In this document: one piece after another, positions 56,467-64,000 of the stretch
Layout of the letters: each line of letters begins with the position of its first letter
How positions within the stretch are numbered: the stretch's first letter is position 1
From: Dehalococcoidia bacterium
Lineage (GTDB): Bacteria > Chloroflexota > Dehalococcoidia > Lucifugimonadales > UBA3495
DNA: 64,000 bases
Assembly: GCA_965207865.1 (NCBI GenBank)
Contig: CBDBNP010000006.1
Coordinates: forward strand, 916,015 to 980,014
Direction: 5' to 3'
Position numbers and translations under genes: made by a program
Notes under the pieces: generated by a model
Told to the model about the DNA's origin: nothing
Seen by the model: only the letters and a program-made list of their open reading frames with translations
Databases searched by the model: none

Positions 56467-59400
56467 TTGACCGCTTCCTCCGAAGAAAGCCATAAACAAT
56501 TGTCGCGCTGTCTATCCGTCGACCTGGAGGTCACCGTACGGGAACGGCGCATCCGGGCTTTCGCCGGAGTCCGTTGGGATACCGGCAAGTCCTTTCTCTT
56601 TCCGGGCGCAGGAAGCAGGTTGCCGCGATCCCTGGCAAAGTTGGATGACTTCGCAACCGGCGCGGACTTCCTTCTCGGCCACAACCTGATTGATTTCGAC
56701 CTCCCTCATCTGCGGGCGGTCAATCCTGAGTTGAAGCTGTTGGGGTTGCCTGCGGTGGACACCCTACGCCTGAATCCACTGGCGTTCCCCCGCAATCCCT
56801 ATCACCATCTGGTCAAGCATTACCAGGACGGCCATCTCAAGAGGGGCCGCATCAACGACCCGGAACTGGACGCTCGGCTCGCCCTGGAGGTATTCGGCAA
56901 CCAGCTGAGCGCCCTTTCTGCGGCTTCCAAAGAACTTCTGACAGCCTGGCACTGGCTCACGTCAGCGAACGATGGGTTCGGGTTTGATTTTGTTTTCGAA
57001 TCAATTCGCAACTCGCCCAGACCGGCGGACACCCAGGCGCTGGAAGCCATTGAGACGCGACTGGCCGGCGGCGCCTGCCGGACCTGCGCCCGAGAGATCA
57101 TCGGAGACGCTGCAAGCCAGGGCTGGGATCTGGCCTTTGCCCTGGCGTGGCTCTCCGTGGCGGGCGGCAACTCGGTGATGCCGCCGTGGGTGCAGTACCA
57201 GTTCCCCAGGGCAGGCCGATTGGTCAGGCGGTTGCGGGACACCGCCTGCTCCGACCCTGCCTGCGACTGGTGCCGGGAACGGCATGATGCGACAAAGGAA
57301 CTGACTCGCTGGTTCGGCTACGACAGCTTCCGGCCTGAGCCTGCCGACGAAGATGGGAAGCCCCTGCAACAGTCGGTGGTCGAGGCAGCGATGGCTGGAG
57401 AGCACGCCTTGGCGATCCTGCCCACAGGAAGTGGAAAATCCGTCTGCTACCAGGTGCCCGCACTCTCCCGATACGACAAGACGGGCGCCCTCACCGTGGT
57501 GATTTCGCCCCTGGTGGCTCTCATGGCCGACCAAGTGGCGGGGCTGGAGGGAAGAGGCATTGGCTGCTGCGTCACCGTCAACGGCCTGCTTTCCATGCCC
57601 GAACGCGCCGACGCATTGGACCGGGTTAGGATGGGAGACGCCTCCATCCTGCTCATCTCGCCGGAGCAACTGCGCAGCGTCTCCCTGCGGAGCGCTCTGG
57701 CGCAGCGTGAGATTGGAGCGTGGGTGCTGGACGAAGCCCACTGCCTTTCCCGCTGGGGTCATGACTTCCGGCCCGACTACCGCTACGTGGGACGCTTCAT
57801 ACGCGAAAAGGCAGGGGAGGAGCCAGTCCCGCCGGTATTGTGCCTGACCGCCACCGCGAAGCCGGACGTGGTGGACGAAATCGTGGACTTCTTCCGACAG
57901 GAGCTTGCCATCGAGCTGGAGGTCTTCGACGGCGGCGCCCGTCGCACCAACCTGGAGTTTGTGGTGGTCAAGACGGGCGTCGGAGAAAAGTTCGCCCACG
58001 TTCACCAGGTACTGACGGCAGACTTGCCGGAGGACGAACCGGGAGGGGCTATAGTCTACTGTGCCACCCGGAACCACACCGAAGAGTTGGCCGAGTTCCT
58101 ACAGGCCAAGGGTATGAAGGCGGATCACTTTCACGCCGGACTGCCGCCGGAAACCAAGAAGAGCGTCCAGGAAAACTTCATCAACGGCGGCCTGCGGGCC
58201 ATCGTGGCCACCAATGCCTTCGGCATGGGCATCGACAAGCCCGACGTGCGGTTGGTGGTTCACGCCGACATACCGGGGTCCCTGGAGAATTATTTGCAGG
58301 AGGCGGGCCGGGCCGGGCGGGACCAGCAGGCAGCCCGGTGCGTGTTGCTTTACACCCAGGAGGACGTGGAGCGCCAGTTCGGTATGTCCGCCCGCTCCCG
58401 GCTGACGCGGCCGGAGATTCACGGCGTTCTCAAGGCTCTGCGGAATTTGGACCGGAGGAAACGAACGGAAGGTGAAGTGGTGGCCACCTCCGGGGAGATT
58501 CTGACCGAAGACGAGGACAACGTTTTTGAGCGGGATTCCGCCACTGACGACACCCGCTTGCGTACGGCGGTGGCCTGGCTGGAGGAGGCCGTGCTGCTGA
58601 CCCGGGAGGAGAACCGGGTGCAGGTGTTCCCGTCGTCGCTGCGGGTCGGTTCCGTCGCGGAGGCGCAGTCCAAGCTCCAGCAGAGGAATGTCGCGGTTGA
58701 GTACCACCGGCAGTTGCTGAAGATCTGCGAGACGCTGATAGAGGCCGACGCCGACGAGGGCATCAGCACCGACGAGCTGATGGCCGCCTCCGGCCTCAAT
58801 TCAGAAGAGGTGCGAAGGGCGCTCCACGACCTGGAGGAGGTGGGCATCGCCAGCGATGATACGGCGTTGACCGCCTTTGTCCATGTGGGAGTGGAACGGT
58901 CGTCGCTCCGACGGTTCGAGCAGGCCGCCGCAATGGAGGAATCTCTCATCGACCTGATGCGCGAGGCGGCCCCGGATATGGAACGGGGCGATACGTCCAT
59001 GCTGCATCTGCGCCTCGCCACCCAGCAACTCAAGGACGACGGTCACGGTTACGCCCTGCCGGAGCGGCTGAGAAGGATCGTCCGAAGCATCGCCGCCGAT
59101 GGGCGGGGAGAGGGCGGCTGCGGGGGCAGCCTCTCGGTTCGGAATCGTGATGCGGACTCTTTACAGGTTACGCTGCAACGCGAGTGGCGGGCCTTGGTGA
59201 AGACAGCCGAGTTGCGACGCGCCGCTGCGCAACGGTTGCTGGAGCATCTTCTCTCCACCATACCCCGGGGCACCAGGGGCACCGACCTATTGGCCGAGAC
59301 TACCCTGAGCAAGCTCCTGGCCCCCATCCTGCAGGACCGGAGCCTGAGCAGCCAGGTAAGGGAGCCGGACAAGTTGAGGGACCGCGCCCTGCTGTGGCTG

Positions 59401-61587
59401 CACGAGCAGGAGGTCATCCGGCTAAACAAGGGCCTGGCGGTGTTCCGCCCGGCCATGACCATCCGCCTCAAACAGGAACGGCGCGGCTTTGCCGAACCGG
59501 ACTTCCGGCCCCTCAAGTTCCACTACGACGAACAGGTCCTCCAGATTCACGTGATGGCCGAATACGCGCAGCAAGGCCTTGAGTCCATATCCGATGCCGT
59601 TCGTTTGGCGATGGACTACTTCAGCCTCAGCCAGGAGGACTTCCTGAACCGCTGGCTGCCGGACCGACAACGAGAGCTGACCCTACAGACTACGCCGGAG
59701 TCCTGGCGGACCATCGTCGAAGATCTTAGGAATCCCGTACAGCGGCGTATCGTGGCCGACGACCGGGAACAGACCAACGTCCTGGTCTTGGCCGGGCCGG
59801 GTTCGGGCAAGACCAGGACGTTGGTACACCGCATCGCCTACCTGATACGGGTCAGGCGGGAGAACCCCCGCTCCATCCTGGCCCTGGCATACAACCGGCA
59901 CGCCGCAGTTGAGATTCGCCGGCGGCTGGAGGAACTCATCGGCGACGACGCCAGCGGCGTAATCGTGCTTACCTGCCACGGCCTGGCCATGCGGCTGGCC
60001 GGCGCCAGTTTCTCGGGTCGGGCCAACCGTTTGGAGGACGGTGATTTCCGGGACGTGCTCAAGCAGGCGTCCGCCCTGCTGAGAGGCGAGGGATTGCCAC
60101 CCGATGAGGCGGACGACTTCAGGACCCGGCTTCTGTCGGGGTTCCGCTGGATATTGGTGGACGAGTACCAGGACATTGGCCCGGACCAGTACGAGCTCAT
60201 TTCGGCCCTGGCGGGCAGGACCCTCTCCGACGCTGACGACAAGCTGACCATCTTTGCGGTGGGTGACGACGACCAGAATATCTACGCCTTCAACGGGTCC
60301 TCGGTTGATTTCATCAGGCGTTTCGAGGAGGACTATGGGCCCAGGCCCACCTACTTGACCGGTAACTATCGTTCCACCGGCCATATAATCGCCGCCGCCA
60401 ATGCGGTCATAGAGCCAGCGCGGCAGCGGATGAAGGCAGATCATCCCATACACGTAAACCAAGCCCGTGAGAAGGACCCGCCCGGGGGGGATTGGTCATT
60501 GCTGGACCCTGTTGCCCGAGGCCAGGTCCAGATTCTGTCCGCAGGCGATTCTCCCATCTCTCAAGCTCAGGCGGTCATAGCGGAGTTGAAACGATTGTCC
60601 GCCCTCGACGACGGTTGGGACTGGTCTTCCTGCGCCGTCATCGGTCGGGAGTGGAGCTACCTGGACCCGGTGCGCAGCCTTTGCGAGATGGAAGACATTC
60701 CGGTGCAGATGGCTAACGAGGATTTCTCGGGCGTGTGGCACCTTCGGGAGACCAGGGCGCTCGTCAACTGGGTCCGAGAACGGGACTCCAAGCTGGTCAT
60801 GAGCGGGGAACTGAGCGCCTGGCTTGGGAGACAACCCTCCAACACTTGGAACGAGTTACTGGGGGAAGCCGTACGTGAGTACGATCTGGAAACCGGCGGG
60901 GCCGAGACTCCCGTCGACCACTTCGTAGAATGGTTGGCTGAGTGGGGACGGGAGGTCCGCCGGCGGCAGCGGGGACTGCTATTGCTGACCGCACATCGAG
61001 CTAAGGGATTGGAGTTCGACCACGTGGTGGTGCTTGATGGGGGTTGGGACCGAATGGGACGTGGGGAGGATGCGGACGCCCCCCGGCGGCTCTACTACGT
61101 GTCCATGACCCGTGCGCGACAGACTCTAACGCTTGCTTGCCTACCGGGATTACATCCCTTCCACGACGCCTTGCTGAAGGCTCCGATGGTGCTCGAACGC
61201 GATAGACCAGTCGCGTTTCCGCTTGCGGCCCCGGAACTTTCTCGCCGCTATCGCAGGCTAAGTCTGCGCGACGTGTTCTTGAGCTATGCCGGGTACCGTC
61301 GCCCTGACGATCCGGTGCATCGGTCCATTGCCGACTTGTCGTCCGGCGACGCGCTCCGAATGCGCGAGGGGGTGACGCGTTGGGAGTTGTTGGACTGCAA
61401 CGGGACCGTCGTGGGTCAGCTTGCCAGGGATTTCGAGGGAATCTCCGGGATGAAGTGCGCTTTTGCCAAGGTCTTGGCCGTTGTAGCTTGGGACCGCGAG
61501 TGTTCCGAGCCCGAGTACCAAAAAGGGATTCGCTGCGAATCTTGGGATGTGGTTGTGCCGGAGATGGTGTTCGAGCCGGGGCATTAG
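56467..61587 (+). CDS. DEDD exonuclease-RecQ-UvrD multidomain helicase
   Basis: VDLE...GHN...FD; LPTGSGKS, DEAHCLSRWGHDFRPDY, QEAGRAGRD; AGPGSGKT, VDEYQD, VGDDDQNIY, HRAKGLEF, MTRAR. Confidence 0.93.
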   Translation: MTASSEESHKQLSRCLSVDLEVTVRERRIRAFAGVRWDTGKSFLFPGAGSRLPRSLAKLDDFATGADFLLGHNLIDFDLPHLRAVNPELKLLGLPAVDTLRLNPLAFPRNPYHHLVKHYQDGHLKRGRINDPELDARLALEVFGNQLSALSAASKELLTAWHWLTSANDGFGFDFVFESIRNSPRPADTQALEAIETRLAGGACRTCAREIIGDAASQGWDLAFALAWLSVAGGNSVMPPWVQYQFPRAGRLVRRLRDTACSDPACDWCRERHDATKELTRWFGYDSFRPEPADEDGKPLQQSVVEAAMAGEHALAILPTGSGKSVCYQVPALSRYDKTGALTVVISPLVALMADQVAGLEGRGIGCCVTVNGLLSMPERADALDRVRMGDASILLISPEQLRSVSLRSALAQREIGAWVLDEAHCLSRWGHDFRPDYRYVGRFIREKAGEEPVPPVLCLTATAKPDVVDEIVDFFRQELAIELEVFDGGARRTNLEFVVVKTGVGEKFAHVHQVLTADLPEDEPGGAIVYCATRNHTEELAEFLQAKGMKADHFHAGLPPETKKSVQENFINGGLRAIVATNAFGMGIDKPDVRLVVHADIPGSLENYLQEAGRAGRDQQAARCVLLYTQEDVERQFGMSARSRLTRPEIHGVLKALRNLDRRKRTEGEVVATSGEILTEDEDNVFERDSATDDTRLRTAVAWLEEAVLLTREENRVQVFPSSLRVGSVAEAQSKLQQRNVAVEYHRQLLKICETLIEADADEGISTDELMAASGLNSEEVRRALHDLEEVGIASDDTALTAFVHVGVERSSLRRFEQAAAMEESLIDLMREAAPDMERGDTSMLHLRLATQQLKDDGHGYALPERLRRIVRSIAADGRGEGGCGGSLSVRNRDADSLQVTLQREWRALVKTAELRRAAAQRLLEHLLSTIPRGTRGTDLLAETTLSKLLAPILQDRSLSSQVREPDKLRDRALLWLHEQEVIRLNKGLAVFRPAMTIRLKQERRGFAEPDFRPLKFHYDEQVLQIHVMAEYAQQGLESISDAVRLAMDYFSLSQEDFLNRWLPDRQRELTLQTTPESWRTIVEDLRNPVQRRIVADDREQTNVLVLAGPGSGKTRTLVHRIAYLIRVRRENPRSILALAYNRHAAVEIRRRLEELIGDDASGVIVLTCHGLAMRLAGASFSGRANRLEDGDFRDVLKQASALLRGEGLPPDEADDFRTRLLSGFRWILVDEYQDIGPDQYELISALAGRTLSDADDKLTIFAVGDDDQNIYAFNGSSVDFIRRFEEDYGPRPTYLTGNYRSTGHIIAAANAVIEPARQRMKADHPIHVNQAREKDPPGGDWSLLDPVARGQVQILSAGDSPISQAQAVIAELKRLSALDDGWDWSSCAVIGREWSYLDPVRSLCEMEDIPVQMANEDFSGVWHLRETRALVNWVRERDSKLVMSGELSAWLGRQPSNTWNELLGEAVREYDLETGGAETPVDHFVEWLAEWGREVRRRQRGLLLLTAHRAKGLEFDHVVVLDGGWDRMGRGEDADAPRRLYYVSMTRARQTLTLACLPGLHPFHDALLKAPMVLERDRPVAFPLAAPELSRRYRRLSLRDVFLSYAGYRRPDDPVHRSIADLSSGDALRMREGVTRWELLDCNGTVVGQLARDFEGISGMKCAFAKVLAVVAWDRECSEPEYQKGIRCESWDVVVPEMVFEPGH

Positions 61588-61888
61588 CTCAAATAGTAGA
61601 AAGTATTGCCACCTAACGCATAAGCTTAAAGGGTTTGCGCTTTGCGAACGTGTAAATTCCTCTGCGTCGTAAGAGTTTGGAAGACTCAGCGAGGATCACC
61701 CATCGCCAATAGGAATGTCGCTAGCTTCCTCGCAACAGCTGGAATTGATTTATCTGGACGAAAGATGACGAAGGATTCGGAAGTTGAGAAAGAGTTTTAG
61801 TAGCACGGTGGATGAAAATGCAAATCATTGACACTTGCAGCCTTTCCATCGTCCCCTGAAGTTGCTGACAAAATAGCAGGATGGTCAA

Positions 61889-62743
61889 ATGAGCAATGCG
61901 ACGGCATCGGGTTCCATCGAAATTTTCAAAGCCCAACGGCTTTTTGAACACTTGGCCAGCTCAACATGGCGTTGGCTTGAGGATGCCAGAAGGCTGAGCT
62001 TGGGCTTTTCCGAAGATACGATTTCCGACTTGACCATGTTGGAAATAGGACGCGCTGGATTGGACGGCGTTAGTATCGAGCGAGTGTCCAAGAGGCGGGA
62101 ACACTTCTTTGGGTTCGATTGGCTCTGGTTGATAAGTGGACCCGGGGTTCCACCAACTGCCTACGTCGTCCAAGCCAAGAAGCAAAAACTGAAGCCGCCA
62201 AGCTCGCTGTCCTATGGAAAGCTAAGGTACCCCACTGGCCCAGGTTTCCAAATAGATGCTCTTGAGGCTTTTGCTAAACTTACGGGGGCGATTCCCCTCT
62301 ATTGCTTCTACAACAATGTTGACCGAGTGGACGCCGCAGATTGTTGGGGTTGTCTCGTACAGCAACCACCGGATGTTTCGCAGATGGGATGCACGTTAGC
62401 GCCTTTAGCACTGGTGAGACAAGTTCACGACGGACCGTATCCAAAGAACTTTCTGGCGGTCCACCACAGCCGAGAAGCTCTACCATGGAGGTGCCTGTTC
62501 CATTTTCCTTGCACAAGAGCCTGGCCTGGCGGAATCCTTGGACAGAATTTGGACCGAGTTACCCGACGGAGAAGCGAACTGCTTGTCGATAACATTCAAG
62601 CATTACATCCAGAGGGTATTAATGCGATCGATGCGGAGTCCCTTATCCGTCAACTGCAGCTGCAAGAGTTGGTAGAAACTCATGCTTCCGCTAAGTTCTT
62701 GCCAGTGCCAGAAAGGGTTCTTACTTTGACCCTGGAAGGGTAA
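61889..62743 (+). CDS. PD-(D/E)xK-like protein (DUF6615-like)
   Basis: EDTISD...E...GFDWLW...VQAKK...Q...L...PLYCFYN. Confidence 0.75.
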   Translation: MSNATASGSIEIFKAQRLFEHLASSTWRWLEDARRLSLGFSEDTISDLTMLEIGRAGLDGVSIERVSKRREHFFGFDWLWLISGPGVPPTAYVVQAKKQKLKPPSSLSYGKLRYPTGPGFQIDALEAFAKLTGAIPLYCFYNNVDRVDAADCWGCLVQQPPDVSQMGCTLAPLALVRQVHDGPYPKNFLAVHHSREALPWRCLFHFPCTRAWPGGILGQNLDRVTRRRSELLVDNIQALHPEGINAIDAESLIRQLQLQELVETHASAKFLPVPERVLTLTLEG

Positions 62744-63400
62744 TTGCCTAGGGCATTGGTCGGAAGCCCCGTCGTACTTCGTCCCCTGTATAGAGCTGAG
62801 TCCCATCAGGGGGGCTTGGTGGGTGCGGGGTACCCTCCATTAGGGACCAAGTCTATGCTGACCGGGGGCTTCGGCCGGCGGCTGGCTGTAAGTCCGTACC
62901 TGAGTCCTCGGAAAATCTTGCGCCGGTACGAGCCATCGTGATTCCTTGAATATGGGCGGCGATTCAAGGGGCCTGCTAGGGGGATTTGGATTGTAGGCGG
63001 GCTGGAAGCTCATGGCTATGAGTTCGGGACAGCGTCGTCTTCCTCGCACCTGAAGCATCTGGCCAAATATTCAAGGAGGCGATTTGGTAGAATGCAAAAG
63101 GCACAAGACGTTCCTTGTCAGGAAAGGTCCGAACGTAGCTTGCGGAATAGTTCTTTGTCCCTGATACTCGCAATTTAACTTAAGGAGAGCAGATTGCGTG
63201 AGCCGAAACGCACGAGGTCGAGGGCCTAGGGATGGGGACACGGGGGCTCAAAGATTCATCACTTCGAAGGAACTGATCGCGCCCGCGAAGTTGATCGAGG
63301 CCGAAATCGGCTAAGTGACGGAAGGGGTTCATGCCTGAACCTCACTTCCACCGTTAGTCGGTTTTCTCGGCTCACGATAACGCTCATCAAAGAAGTTGAC

Positions 63401-64000
63401 ATGACAACATTATCAGAAGTTCAGTTTGTAACAGACTACGTTTCTGGGATCGATGTGAAGGTTGGGCCAGAAGAGATTGAGGCGGTACAACCCTTTTCCC
63501 GCCGCTTGGTCGAAGAATATGCTTATTCCAAGGAGCAAATTCAAACTCGACCCCAGTTCCGCGTAAAGGCCTCTCCCTCCGGCGAGGAAAAGTATCCAGT
63601 CGACATCGCGGTATTCCGTGACTCCAGGAAGACCTACGACAATCTTTACTTGATTGTGGAGTGCAAGCGGAAAAACCGGGTGGATGGTGAAAAACAACTC
63701 AAACTATATATGGGTCTCTCTTCAGCCCAGATCGGGGTGTGGTTCAACGGCTTAGAGCACTTGTACCTACAGAAGGTTCTCGACAGCCAGGGGAACGTGA
63801 GCTACCGGGAACTTCCCAACATCCCGAAAGCTGGGCAACGTCTTGAGGACATCGGCAGGTTTCGAAGGAGCGACCTCCAAAAGCCACTCAACCTCCGTTC
63901 CGTTTTCCGTGATATCCGTAATCATCTTGCCGGCATGACCACTGGCATCACACGCGACGAAGCACTAGCCAGAGAGCTCATCAATGTCTTGTTCTGTAAA
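63401..64000 (+). CDS. N-terminus of a restriction-modification protein (HsdR_N-like domain followed by N6-methylase N-terminus), truncated by window edge
   Basis: MTTLSEVQFVTDYVSG...GPEEIEAVQPF...YPVDIAVF...IVECK...G.KQL..Y...GVWFNG...F.DIRNHLAG...ELIN.LFCK. Confidence 0.85.
   Translation, partial: MTTLSEVQFVTDYVSGIDVKVGPEEIEAVQPFSRRLVEEYAYSKEQIQTRPQFRVKASPSGEEKYPVDIAVFRDSRKTYDNLYLIVECKRKNRVDGEKQLKLYMGLSSAQIGVWFNGLEHLYLQKVLDSQGNVSYRELPNIPKAGQRLEDIGRFRRSDLQKPLNLRSVFRDIRNHLAGMTTGITRDEALARELINVLFCK

Noticed and set aside
62750-63400. Short ORFs between the DUF6615-like and R-M genes
   Set aside because: Fragmentary, with no recognisable motif
1-64000. tRNA, tmRNA or rRNA integration target
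   Set aside because: No cloverleaf or T-loop-plus-CCA signature recognised by eye; a tRNAscan/ARAGORN run would be needed to exclude one

Overview
High-GC accessory region with no rRNA, tRNA or housekeeping genes. The host is probably a Chloroflexota/Dehalococcoidia-type, likely host-associated bacterium; this is an inference from the recombinase family and the eukaryote-like LRR, FN3 and cadherin proteins. Left to right: (1) end of an LRR gene, a VapBC-type toxin-antitoxin pair and a decayed large serine recombinase (LSR) interrupted by a REP doublet; (2) a Replic_Relax/MOBC-like gene and an RHH-LSR unit whose 3' end meets a second, convergent LSR at an att-like palindrome (~9.07 kb); (3) an integrative conjugative element (ICE) of at least ~32 kb with regulators, a relaxase candidate, VirD4, VirB4, two pilins, PrgI-like and VirB6-like genes, a ~1 kb hairpin-dense non-coding region containing a phased array of four stem-loops with a conserved loop, and a leading-region operon (primase, Rad52, Cas4-like nuclease, SSB, RadC, methylase, SF2 helicase, PRTRC-type Ubl/E2/JAB/E1 cassette); (4) a 2124-aa FN3/cadherin/LRR/RTX adhesin with an IS4-like element inserted in a poly-G tract upstream; (5) a third Replic_Relax paralog and a Cre-like recombinase pseudogene; (6) a defence island (TIR plus membrane protein, HNH, exonuclease-RecQ-UvrD fusion, DUF6615-like, start of an R-M gene). 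The strongest leads are the stem-loop array at 24.4 kb, the tail-to-tail LSRs sharing an att-like site, the internally duplicated relaxase family, and the ubiquitin-like cassette whose Ubl has a C-terminal propeptide. All family names come from motif recognition by eye, not from database searches.
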